Origin: Dehalococcoidia bacterium
GTDB lineage: Bacteria; Chloroflexota; Dehalococcoidia; SHYM01
Length of the DNA stretch: 52,698 nt
Assembly: GCA_009692805.1 (NCBI GenBank)
Contig: SHYM01000002.1
Span: 1-52,698, forward strand
Direction: 5' to 3'
Shown: piece by piece, positions 35,448-44,034 of the stretch
Position numbering within the stretch: the stretch's first letter is position 1
Layout of the letters: the number at the start of each line of letters is the position of its first letter
Made by a program: the position numbers and the translations under genes
Notes under the pieces: generated by a model
The model's database searches: none
Told to the model about the DNA's origin: nothing
What the model saw: only the letters and a program-made list of their open reading frames with translations

Positions 35448-35687
35448 ATGCCGGTACTGGAAAAGACCCCGATAGTACCCAAGAAACCAGGGGCCGTGGT
35501 CATCGATGCCGACAAGTGCAAGGGCTGCGAGCTCTGCGTTTACTACTGCCCGCAGGACACCCTCGCGATGTCAAAGACCGTGAACAAAAGGGGCAACCCC
35601 GTGGCTATCGTGGTGCGCGACAACTGCACGGCCTGTATGGAGTGCGCGCGGGTCTGCCCGGACATCTGCATAGCCGTTTACCGGTAG
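35448..35687 (+). CDS. 2x[4Fe-4S] ferredoxin-domain protein (PorD/KorD delta-subunit-like)
   Basis: Contains CKGCELCVYYCP and CTACMECARVCP cluster motifs. I chose the ATG at 35448, preceded by GGGGGAGG. Confidence 0.8.
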   Translation: MPVLEKTPIVPKKPGAVVIDADKCKGCELCVYYCPQDTLAMSKTVNKRGNPVAIVVRDNCTACMECARVCPDICIAVYR

Positions 35688-35704
35688 ACGGCCGGTAGAC
35701 GAGG

Positions 35705-36115
35705 GTGCGCCCCGGGGGGTTCATAGTCTCGGACCGCTCGGTGACCGAAACCAAGAGGGTATACGACGATGAAAAAAACGAAGCTGAAGGGGCCACTGAT
35801 CCCTTGGGCGTCAAGCGCACCGATATCGGCCTGATGAGCCTGCCCTTTAGCAAGATCGCTTACGAGGAGTTGGGCAACCAGCTGGTGGCCACCCTGGTCG
35901 GCGTGGGGGCCTTCCTGGAGCTTACCAAGGTCCTTAAAATGGAGTCGGCGAAGGAGGCCCTGAAGCTGGCCATCCGCCCGGGGCGGCACAAGTTCTTGGC
36001 TATCAGCGAGAAGGCTCTGGAGCGCGGCGCGCAGGCCGTTCGCAAGGGCGAGGTCCAATGGCACAACCAGAAGGCGATCACCCTCTGGAAGATGCCCCAG
36101 GCGGCCCGGGCGTAA
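35705..36115 (+). pseudogene. N-terminally short 2-oxoacid:ferredoxin oxidoreductase gamma-subunit-like ORF (POR domain C-terminal two thirds)
   Basis: Reads GGFIVSDRS..LPFSKIAYEELGNQLVATLVGVGAFLELT, which resembles the second half of PorG/KorC. An in-frame TAG at 35696 excludes the usual N-terminal Gly-rich segment. No alpha or beta subunits are present in the window. Confidence 0.5.
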
Positions 36116-36206
36116 GGGTAACGAGAGGTCAAGGGCAAAGGGTCGTTCCTCCGGGAGCGAGCCTTTAGTGTGAGTCGCGAGTGTTAACGGCCTCTGGGGA
36201 AAGGGA

Positions 36207-36527
36207 GTGGGGTCCGTGGCAGCGACGGAGGCCTTGGGGCCTGTCATCACCTCCTTGGACGGGCTGGTGGAGGCCTTCTGCCACTACTTCGAATACGACC
36301 AGCAGGGGCGCGGTAGCTTCATCTCCGGACGCGAGCCGGAGGTGGCGATGCGGAACTGGTACCTGGACTTCCTTCATCTGGAGGTTACGGGGCCCAATTC
36401 CTACGCCTGGGTCTGCCCCGGCTGCCGCCAGCCTCGCGTGGCCAAGCACGACAGCCTGTACACCCTGCGCTACGACTTCGACTTCTGGCAGCTCTGCCCC
36501 CAGTGCGCCCGCCCCGCGGAGGAGTGA
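36207..36527 (+). CDS. Hypothetical protein with a C-terminal CxxC..CxxC zinc-ribbon-like motif
   Basis: The composition looks like genuine coding sequence. Cys pairs occur as WVCPGCRQP and LCPQCARP. Possible GTG starts are at 36207 or 36216 (AAGGGAG upstream). I recognise no family. Confidence 0.5.
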   Translation: MGSVAATEALGPVITSLDGLVEAFCHYFEYDQQGRGSFISGREPEVAMRNWYLDFLHLEVTGPNSYAWVCPGCRQPRVAKHDSLYTLRYDFDFWQLCPQCARPAEE

Positions 36528-36580
36528 ACGGCGCTCTGCAGCCGGTCCACCGGGCCATACGGAAGGGGCCCTGGCGCGCA

Positions 36581-37147
36581 TCAGGCTTTGACGAGGGCAC
36601 CAAGTTTTAGGACGGTGTTCCAGTTGCGACCGGTGACTCGTGTTCCAAACTTCTTTTCGATGAGGGTGTTCGTCAGGCGCGAGCGGCCGATACCCCTCGG
36701 GTAGACGATGTAAGCCTGTCTACCTTCCACTCGGAAGACCTCCGGGCCAGTGATGGCGGCCCGCAGCGCGTCCACGTCCTTGGCATTCGGCGCCTCCTTC
36801 AGAAACATGGCGACGAGATGGCCAGGATCGCGCTCGGCTTCCTCGCGGAAGGGATTGTGTGCGACGACAGCCTTCCATTCCTCGGCGGTGCGGACGAAGA
36901 AGTCCGTTTGAAGCGCGAGGCGCTGCGCGGCCTCCGCCTCTAGCAAGCGTTCGAGGTGCGCGCCCGTTCGCGCGTCGCTTCGAAAAACGAGATTGCCGCT
37001 TTGGAGCAGTGATTGTGCGTCTACGAATCCCAGTTGCGTGAGGAGGTCGCGCAGGTCAGCCATGGCGACTTGCTTGTGGCCGCCGACATTGATGCCACGG
37101 AGGAGGGCCAGATGCAGCCCTTCAGAGCTAACACCGCAACCGGCCAG
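36581..37147 (-). CDS. DUF1697 family protein (apparent CTG start)
   Basis: Contains LALLRGINVGGHKQVAMADLRDLL and QSGNLVF. No ATG, GTG or TTG lies between the upstream gene stop (37167) and the conserved LLRGINVGG. AAGGAG lies 9 nt upstream of the CTG at 37147. Confidence 0.7.
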   Translation of the reverse strand: MAGCGVSSEGLHLALLRGINVGGHKQVAMADLRDLLTQLGFVDAQSLLQSGNLVFRSDARTGAHLERLLEAEAAQRLALQTDFFVRTAEEWKAVVAHNPFREEAERDPGHLVAMFLKEAPNAKDVDALRAAITGPEVFRVEGRQAYIVYPRGIGRSRLTNTLIEKKFGTRVTGRNWNTVLKLGALVKA

Positions 37148-37166
37148 TTTGCCGTGCTCCTTGTCC

Positions 37167-37934
37167 TCAGGGCCCAGCGGGCGCGTCCGCCAGTCCGAGC
37201 TGGGCCTGTAGCTCCTTGATCTGCCGCTCGATCTGCTCCAGGGCGCGATAGTCCTCATCGCAGAGCAGGTAGCAGCGCCGCATGTAGAGCTGGCTAAGCT
37301 GGCTCCCTGGCTCTCCGGGGAGGCAGGCCAGGCGGATAAGCTCGTCCAGGCCGTATTTCTCCGGCAGGTGCTGGCCGATGGCGCGCATCTGCTCGATGGC
37401 CTCCTGAACCAAGGCGCTTGCCCTGCCCTCCACGGCGTACCTCAGGGTGCCCACCAGCTTCGCTAGCTCAGCCAGCCGCTCCCGCTCGCTCATCATGGAG
37501 TACAGGAAGGGCCCCAGGTCCCCCGCGGAGATCGGCGCCTCCTTCTCGATGGTGGCGGCGAAATCGAGCCAGAGGGCGTGGTAGGCCTGCGCCGCATCAC
37601 TGACCGCCTGGAGGGCAGCCGCCACGTCCTGCGCGTCGAGGCTGCCGCCGAACAGGATATCGTCATCGCGGGCCTCGGCGAGTTGCCGCATGAAAAAGCG
37701 GCTGGGCAGCTCTTCGGGGACCGGCGGCAAGGGGATGGCGGCGACGCTCTGCATCTCCTGGAGAGGGAACTTGGACGCGATCAGCGGCGGCATGTACTTC
37801 GCTAGGTTCAGGGCCACCGGCGGCACCACCAGGTAGGTCGCTAGCACCTGCTCCTGAGGTCCCTGGGCCTGGAAGTACAGGATGGCGTGGCCCTTCGGTC
37901 GCGCGCGCTCGCCTCGTTCAAAATCAAGCGGCAT
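37167..37934 (-). CDS. Hypothetical protein, 255 aa, no recognisable domain
   Basis: Long ORF with GC3-biased, non-repetitive sequence (PKGHAILYFQ..ATYLVVPPVALNLAKYMPPL..C-terminal helical region). It shares orientation with the flanking REC and DUF1697 genes. Confidence 0.6.
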   Translation of the reverse strand: MPLDFERGERARPKGHAILYFQAQGPQEQVLATYLVVPPVALNLAKYMPPLIASKFPLQEMQSVAAIPLPPVPEELPSRFFMRQLAEARDDDILFGGSLDAQDVAAALQAVSDAAQAYHALWLDFAATIEKEAPISAGDLGPFLYSMMSERERLAELAKLVGTLRYAVEGRASALVQEAIEQMRAIGQHLPEKYGLDELIRLACLPGEPGSQLSQLYMRRCYLLCDEDYRALEQIERQIKELQAQLGLADAPAGP

Positions 37935-38008
37935 AAGAGCAGTCCCGGGGGTAATCCCCCACCACTGTGCTACCCAAGGGGCTTCGTCTAGGCAAGGGCT
38001 CAGGCCAC

Positions 38009-38203
38009 CTTGCGCGAAAATCGCATCTTGTCGGAACAGAGGAGTGCGGAGGGTCCTCCCCTCTGCCGGGGGCCAAAGGGGACGTCCCCCTTTCTCTTCC
38101 TCTCATAGTATCCCCTTCCTGGCCAGGAAGGGGGCGAGGGGGATAGTCGATCGCATCTCTCAGGGGAGAGCCAGATCGAAGAAAACGAGACGTTTTGCGC
38201 AAG
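38009..38203 (-). mobile_element. MITE-like repeat copy R8 (195 bp), full length with terminal inverted repeats and a flanking 10-bp direct repeat
   Basis: The left end is CTTGCGCGAAAA and the right end TTTTGCGCAAG (11 of 12 positions inverted-identical). The interior has all three hairpin modules and is the reverse complement of 1503-1662. GGCTCAGGCC occurs at 37997-38006 and at 38207-38216. Confidence 0.75.
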
Positions 38204-38209
38204 ACTGGC

Positions 38210-38584
38210 TCAGGCCGGAAGGCCCAGGTGTTTCCCCAGGACCTCGCCGATCTTGGGGAAGAAGTCGGAGCGCACCAGCACCTCGGTGCAGCCGCCCTGG
38301 CGGGCCGCCCGCAGCGCGGCGGGCTCGGTGTGGCGTCCGAAGGCGATCACGGGTGCGCGCGCGTTGCCTCCATGCACCTCCTGGACGACGGCGGCGGGAT
38401 CGAATCCTCCCACTTGTAGGTCTACCACCACCAGGTCGGGCGCGCCCGCGGCCAGCTTGGACGGCAGCTCGGCGGGGCTGCGGACCGCCACGCAGCGGAA
38501 CCCCCTGGCCTTGGCCGCCTCGGCGATCTGGATGCTGGAGTTGAAGTCAGCGGTCAGGGCGAAGATAGTCTTGCTCTCGCTCAA
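38210..38584 (-). CDS. Single-domain response-regulator receiver (CheY-like) with atypical active-site residues
   Basis: Has a (beta-alpha)5 pattern. The putative phospho-acceptor is in DLVVVDLQ. The N-terminal acidic pair reads TAD, and the T and K positions read G and R (AFGRH, LVRSDF). The TTG start is preceded by AGGAGGG. Confidence 0.7.
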   Translation of the reverse strand: MSESKTIFALTADFNSSIQIAEAAKARGFRCVAVRSPAELPSKLAAGAPDLVVVDLQVGGFDPAAVVQEVHGGNARAPVIAFGRHTEPAALRAARQGGCTEVLVRSDFFPKIGEVLGKHLGLPA

Positions 38585-38679
38585 CGCCGCCCTCCTGGCG
38601 TTTCCAGTCTATCACGGTTGCGGGCGGGGCTGCGGCCCTGCTGGTGCTAGAATTGGATAGAGTGCCGAGGGGGTGTTCC

Positions 38680-39165
38680 GTGGAGCAGGATCAGGCCCGC
38701 CAGTCCGCCCGCGAACTTTTTCAGGAGGCCTATCGTCTCCAGATGGCGGGGGAGCTGCCGGAGGCCCTGAAGCTGTACACCAGGTCTATTGAGATCCACG
38801 CCACGGCGGAGGCCTACACCTTCCGAGGCTGGACCCATAGCTTCATGGGGAGCGTGGACGAGGCCATCGCAGACTGTCAGCGCGCCATTGAGGTGGACCC
38901 CGACTTCGGCAACCCCTACAACGACATCGGGGCCTATCTCATTGAGAAAGGGCAGCTCGACGAGGCGATCCCCTGGTTGGAGAAGGCGCAGCACGCCCGC
39001 CGCTACGAGGCCCGCCAGTTCCCTCACGCCAACCTGGCCCGCATATACGAGCGCAAGGGAGACTGGCACCGGGCTATCGCCGAGTACCAGGAAGCCCTGA
39101 AGCTGGAACCCGGGTACGAGCACGCCGCCAAGGCCCTCTCCCGGCTGCGGGGGATGCTGAACTAG
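38680..39165 (+). CDS. Tetratricopeptide-repeat protein
   Basis: TPR-like repeats (AEAYTFRGWTHSFMGSVDEAIADCQRAIEVDPDF; NPYNDIGAYLIEKGQLDEAIPWLEKA; ARIYERKGDWHRAIAEYQEALKLEP). I favour the GTG at 38680, preceded by GAGGGGG. The track start is 38644. Confidence 0.75.
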   Translation: MEQDQARQSARELFQEAYRLQMAGELPEALKLYTRSIEIHATAEAYTFRGWTHSFMGSVDEAIADCQRAIEVDPDFGNPYNDIGAYLIEKGQLDEAIPWLEKAQHARRYEARQFPHANLARIYERKGDWHRAIAEYQEALKLEPGYEHAAKALSRLRGMLN

Positions 39166-39230
39166 GGTATCGGAAGCGCCCGCGGCTTCAGCTATTACCG
39201 CGAGCTTGTTTTGGAGTAAGGCACGAGGAC

Positions 39231-39506
39231 ATGAAAAAGGCGCTAACCAAAATGTGCGACTATGTAGTTCGTGTCCAGGTCACGGCGCTTGAGGAGGGTG
39301 GGTTCTTGGCCACATGCCCGGACCTTCCGGGTTGTCGCGCCGAGGGCCGGAGCATTCCAGAGGTCCTGGACTTCATCAGCGACGTTGCCGAGAAAGTCAT
39401 CGGCTTGATGCAGGTCGAGGGTCTGCAAATACCTGAAAACATCAGGATGCACCGGAGGAGGGAGGCTCTCCAGAGTGAGATACTAGTATCAGTAGTCGGT
39501 GGATGA
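39231..39506 (+). CDS. hicB: HicB-family antitoxin (UPF0150 fold, short form)
   Basis: Reads YVVRVQVTALEEGGFLATCPDLPGCRAEGRSIPEVLDFISDVAEKVI. It overlaps hicA as ATGA. Confidence 0.8.
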   Translation: MKKALTKMCDYVVRVQVTALEEGGFLATCPDLPGCRAEGRSIPEVLDFISDVAEKVIGLMQVEGLQIPENIRMHRRREALQSEILVSVVGG

Positions 39507-39712
39507 CCTATGGAGAGTTAACCAGAAAGCTGCGCAGGCTCGGCTTCCAAATGTACCGGCGTGCTAAGGGTAGTCACGAAATTTGGTGGAACCCAAGCAC
39601 CAGAGTGCTCACAACCATCTCAGCCCACAAGGACCGAGAGATCCCGAAGGGCACCTTGGCGGATATTCTCAAGCAGCTTGGCCTGACGATTGATGAACTG
39701 CGGCGTAACTAA
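39503..39712 (+). CDS. hicA: HicA-family mRNA interferase toxin
   Basis: 69 aa. Reads ELTRKLRRLGFQMYRRAKGSHEIWWNP...IPKGTLADILKQLGL (the YcfA/HicA pattern with GSH). Confidence 0.85.
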   Translation: MTYGELTRKLRRLGFQMYRRAKGSHEIWWNPSTRVLTTISAHKDREIPKGTLADILKQLGLTIDELRRN

Positions 39713-39715
39713 GCC

Positions 39716-42106
39716 ATGACCACCACTATCGCGGCGCCGGGCCGCTTCCAGCTTGTCTCTGACTTCAAGCCCATGGGCGACCAGCCTCAGGCCATCGCCA
39801 AGCTGGCCGATGGCGTGAACCTGGGCCTGAAGTGGCAGACCCTGCTGGGAGTCACCGGCTCCGGCAAGACCTTCACCATGGCCAACGTCATTGAGACCGC
39901 GCAGCGGCCCAGCCTGGTGCTGGCGCCCAACCGCACCCTGGCCGCCCAGCTCTACTCCGAGTTCAAGGAGTTCTTCCCCCACAACGCCGTCGAGTACTTC
40001 GTCTCCTACTACGACTACTACCAGCCGGAGGCCTACATACCCCGGACCGACACCTACATCGAGAAGGACGCGGACATCAACGAGGAGATCGACAAGCTGC
40101 GCCACCGCGCCACCAGCGCCCTCTTCGAGCACCGCGACGTGATCATCGTTGCCTCCATCTCCTGCATCTACGGCCTGGGCGAGCCCAGCGAGTATCGCTC
40201 CTTCGTCATCGAGCTGGAGAAGGGGCAGCGCTACAACCGCGACAAGCTCGTGCGCCGCCTGATCGACCAGCAGTACGAGCGCAATGACGCCGACTTCACC
40301 CGCGGCCGCTTCCGCATCCGGGGCGACACCCTGGAGCTACGGCCTTCCTACGAGGACATCGCCCTGCGGCTCGAGTTCTTTGGCGACCAGTTGGAGCGCA
40401 TTGTGGAGCTGGACCCCCTCACGGGCGAGCTATTGAACGAGCGGGACCGCGTCGCCATCTATCCCGCCAAGCATTGGGTCACCAGCGCCGACAAACTTCA
40501 GCTCGCCATCGCCGATATCGAGCGGGAGCTGGCGGAGCGCGTGGCTGACATGAGCGCCAGGGGCAAGGTGCTGGAGGCGGCGCGGCTGGAGCAGCGCACT
40601 CACTACGACCTGGAGTCGATGCGCGAGTTCGGCTACTGCCCCGGCATCGAGAACTACTCCCGCCACCTCCAGCGCCGTCCCGTGGGCAGTCCACCCTGGA
40701 CACTGCTGGACTACTTCCCCGACGACTTCCTGCTGTTCATCGACGAGTCCCACATCTCCATCCCCCAGGCGCGGGGCATGTACCTGGGCGATCTCTCCCG
40801 CAAGGAAACCCTGGTGGAATACGGGTTTCGGCTGCCCTGCGCCCTGGACAACCGGCCCCTCTCCTTCCCGGAGCTGGAGGGGCGGCTGCACCAGGTCGTC
40901 TGCGTCTCGGCTACCCCTGGACCCTACGAGAAGGCCCGCTCCGAGCAGGTGGTGGAGCAGGTGATCCGGCCCACGGGCCTCCTGGACCCGACCATCGAGG
41001 TCAAGCCCACCGAGGGGCAGATAGATGACCTGCTGCATCAGGTCCGCGCACGGGCCCAGCGCGGCGAGCGCTGCCTGGTGACCACCCTCACCAAGCGCAT
41101 GGCCGAGGAGCTGGCCGACTACTTGCTCGAGATGGGCGTCAAGGTCCACTATTTGCACTCGGAGATCGACACCATCCAGCGGGTGGAGATCCTGCGCGAC
41201 CTGCGCCTGGGTATCTACGACGTGGTGGTGGGCATCAACCTGCTGCGGGAGGGGCTCGACCTGCCCGAAGTAAGCCTGGTGACCATCCTGGACGCCGACA
41301 AGGAGGGCTACCTGCGCTCGGGCGGCTCCCTTATCCAGACCATCGGCCGGGCATCGCGCCACGTGGAGGGCCACGTCATCATGTACGCCGACCGGGTGAC
41401 CGACTCCATGCGCCAGGCCATCGATGAGACCTACCGGCGGCGCGCCATCCAGCAACGCTACAACGAGGAGCACGGCATCAGCCCCCAGGGCATCAGCAAA
41501 GCTATCAAGGACCTCACAGACCAGGTCAGGATGGTGGCCGAGCAGGCGACGGAGTACCGCACGGACACCCGGCGCGCTGCCGTGGGCCAGATGGACAAGA
41601 GCGCCATCCTGAGGCTCGTCAAGGACTTGGAGTCACAGATGAAGCGGGCGGCGAAGGAGCTCCAGTTCGAGAAGGCGGCCCTCATCCGCGACCAGGTCAT
41701 CGACCTGCGCCGCGAGCTGGTGAGCATCGACGATGTTGCCATCGCCGCCCAGGGCAAGCCCTACTCAGGTTCTGCTCATCCTTCGACAGGCTCAGGACGA
41801 GCGGATGATATGACCGTTGGTGGTGAGCCTGTCGAACCACAAGCCCCTGGAATGCGTAGCGCCTACGCCTTCTACGAGCAGGCGCCGGAGACGCCAGCGC
41901 TCGAAGGGGAGCTGCCGCCGGGCTTGCTGGCCCTGGACGGCAAGAAACGCCGACGCCATTCTGCTAAAGCTGATGCGGCTCCCCCTCTGCCCCTGGGCGA
42001 GGGTAAGAGTGAGGGCGCATCGCCCCCGGACCGTCTCCTGGAGCACGAGACCAAGCGCTCTCTTTACAAGTCGGCCCGCAAGCTGGGGGGCCGCCGCAAG
42101 CGCTGA
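39716..42106 (+). CDS. uvrB: Excinuclease ABC subunit B with a C-terminal extension of about 126 aa built from repeat-element sequence
   Basis: Canonical UvrB runs from [17 protein letters not shown] through GVTGSGKT and the helicase motifs to the UVR domain ([20 protein letters not shown]). Homologues normally end 10-20 aa after that point. Confidence 0.95.
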   Translation: MTTTIAAPGRFQLVSDFKPMGDQPQAIAKLADGVNLGLKWQTLLGVTGSGKTFTMANVIETAQRPSLVLAPNRTLAAQLYSEFKEFFPHNAVEYFVSYYDYYQPEAYIPRTDTYIEKDADINEEIDKLRHRATSALFEHRDVIIVASISCIYGLGEPSEYRSFVIELEKGQRYNRDKLVRRLIDQQYERNDADFTRGRFRIRGDTLELRPSYEDIALRLEFFGDQLERIVELDPLTGELLNERDRVAIYPAKHWVTSADKLQLAIADIERELAERVADMSARGKVLEAARLEQRTHYDLESMREFGYCPGIENYSRHLQRRPVGSPPWTLLDYFPDDFLLFIDESHISIPQARGMYLGDLSRKETLVEYGFRLPCALDNRPLSFPELEGRLHQVVCVSATPGPYEKARSEQVVEQVIRPTGLLDPTIEVKPTEGQIDDLLHQVRARAQRGERCLVTTLTKRMAEELADYLLEMGVKVHYLHSEIDTIQRVEILRDLRLGIYDVVVGINLLREGLDLPEVSLVTILDADKEGYLRSGGSLIQTIGRASRHVEGHVIMYADRVTDSMRQAIDETYRRRAIQQRYNEEHGISPQGISKAIKDLTDQVRMVAEQATEYRTDTRRAAVGQMDKSAILRLVKDLESQMKRAAKELQFEKAALIRDQVIDLRRELVSIDDVAIAAQGKPYSGSAHPSTGSGRADDMTVGGEPVEPQAPGMRSAYAFYEQAPETPALEGELPPGLLALDGKKRRRHSAKADAAPPLPLGEGKSEGASPPDRLLEHETKRSLYKSARKLGGRRKR
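41782..41836. repeat. Palindromic element TTCGACAGGCTCA-N29-TGAGCCTGTCGAA inside the uvrB reading frame
   Basis: Perfect 13-bp inverted arms. Related half-sites occur at 33262-33292, 42352-42375, 46606-46650 and 46845-46871. Confidence 0.8.
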
Positions 42107-42116
42107 ACCCCCCGCC

Positions 42117-42329
<213 letters not shown>

Positions 42330-42351
42330 GTGCGTTCCATCCTATACCCTT

Positions 42352-42375
42352 GGCCCTGAGCTTGTCGAAGGGCGA
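42352..42375. repeat. Half-unit of the second repeat family (GGCCCTGAGCTTGTCGAAGGGCGA)
   Basis: Nearly identical to 46848-46871. Confidence 0.6.
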
Positions 42376-42463
42376 GCCGTGGCAAGCTGGGGCGCAGAGA
42401 ATAGGCTAGCCGCTGTCTTGTGACTGGCCTCGTGATAAGATTGCTGCTCGGAGACGTGCAACC

Positions 42464-43057
42464 GTGGTCGAACAAGAGGCGGCGAGGCAACGCCCCGTCA
42501 AGGTCATGGGCATCAGCGGCAGCCTCCGGGGCGGCTCCTCCAGCCTGCTAGCGCTGCAGGTCGCCCTGGATGGGTCGGCGGCCCTGGGCGCCCAGACGGA
42601 GCTCCTTGACCTCCAAGAGCTGGACTTGCCCATGTTCCGCCCCCAGGTGCCGTTGGAGGACTGCCCCGACAGCGTGCGGCTGCTGCTGCGTCAGGTCCGC
42701 GAGGCCGACGCCATGCTCTGGTCGGGGCCTGCCTATCACGGCACCATCAGCGGGGCCCTCAAAAATGCCCTGGACTATCTGGAGTTCCTCAACACCGAGC
42801 GGCCGCTGTACCTGACGGACAAGGTGGTGGGGCTCATCGCCACGGCCGGGGGCGCCATGGCCAGCGTCAACACCATCAACGCCATGGCCCACGTGGCGCA
42901 AACGCTGCGGGCCTGGATGGCGACCATCCAGGTGCCCATCGGGCCTACCCGCGATCTGTTTCAGAATGGCGAGCTCAAGGACGAGCCTACCCGGGAGCGG
43001 CTGCGGATGCTGGGCCGGCAGGTGGTGCGCTTCGTCCAGTCGCGTCAGGCGCGATAG
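42464..43057 (+). CDS. NAD(P)H-dependent FMN reductase family protein
   Basis: Reads VKVMGISGSLRGGSS..L..A, PMF, and W..P.YHGTISGALKNALD. The start is GTG at 42464 or ATG at 42506. Confidence 0.8.
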   Translation: MVEQEAARQRPVKVMGISGSLRGGSSSLLALQVALDGSAALGAQTELLDLQELDLPMFRPQVPLEDCPDSVRLLLRQVREADAMLWSGPAYHGTISGALKNALDYLEFLNTERPLYLTDKVVGLIATAGGAMASVNTINAMAHVAQTLRAWMATIQVPIGPTRDLFQNGELKDEPTRERLRMLGRQVVRFVQSRQAR

Positions 43058-43160
43058 GGCTAGGCTCCTGGGCCGCTGAAACTTTGGTCCCGCATGTGGC
43101 AGATGGAGGGTTGTAAATCTCCCTGAAGCCTAAATCGCGCTCGATTGGCACAGGTGTCAG

Positions 43161-43997
43161 GTGAGGCGCGGCGCTTTCCCCGCGCTGCTGCTGGCGCTGG
43201 TCCTGCTCGTCGCGGCGGCCTGTCAGCCGCAGGCGCTATCCCCGACGGAGCTGGAAGTCCACTTCGTGGATGTGGGCCAGGGCGATGGTATCCTGGTGCG
43301 GGTCCCGGGCGGCGGCGACCTGGTTATCGACGGCGGCAGGCGCAGCTCTGGCTTTGCCGACTATTTGGCACGACGGGGCGTGCGCTCCCTGGCTATTGCG
43401 GTCGCCACGAACCCTGATGCCGACCACATCGGCGGTTTGGTAGGTGTCTTGAAGGCGTTGCGGGTAGAAGAGGTGTGGCTGAGCGGCCAGCCCAATGCCA
43501 CCCAGACCTACGAGGACTTCGTGGATGCCGTCGCGGCGGCCAAGGCCAGGACCACGGCGGTGCGCCGCGGACAGGAGCGGATCTTGGGCGGGGCGCGGCT
43601 GACTGTGCTGCACCCGCTGGAGCCATTATTCGCGGGACGCAACAACAACTCGGTGGTGGTGCGGCTGGACTATGGGGAGGTGAGCTTTCTTTTCATGGGC
43701 GACGCCGAGCGGGCGGCGGAGGAGAGCATGCTGGGGTCAGGCCTCCCGCTGCGGGCCACGGTCCTAAAAATGGGGCATCATGGCTCGCGGACCTCCTCCT
43801 CGCCTCCCTTCGTGGAGGCCGTCGCGCCTCAGTACGCCGTGTACCAGGCGGGACGCGGCAATCCCTACGGACACCCCCATGCCGAGGCCCTGGCGTCCGT
43901 CCGGGCCGCAGGAGCCAGCGTCCTAGGCACCGCTGTGAACGGCACCATCGTCATACGCAGCGACGGCCGCTCGCTGCGCGTCCGGACGGAGCGCTGA
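43161..43997 (+). CDS. ComEC/Rec2-related MBL-fold hydrolase, probable lipoprotein
   Basis: Signal peptide ending LLVAAAC. Contains LEVHFVDVGQGDGILV, NPDADHIGGL, VLKMGHHGS and GHPH. Confidence 0.85.
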   Translation: MRRGAFPALLLALVLLVAAACQPQALSPTELEVHFVDVGQGDGILVRVPGGGDLVIDGGRRSSGFADYLARRGVRSLAIAVATNPDADHIGGLVGVLKALRVEEVWLSGQPNATQTYEDFVDAVAAAKARTTAVRRGQERILGGARLTVLHPLEPLFAGRNNNSVVVRLDYGEVSFLFMGDAERAAEESMLGSGLPLRATVLKMGHHGSRTSSSPPFVEAVAPQYAVYQAGRGNPYGHPHAEALASVRAAGASVLGTAVNGTIVIRSDGRSLRVRTER

Positions 43998-44034
43998 CGG
44001 CGTCCCCTCTCCGTTGTGGGATGTAGACTATAGT

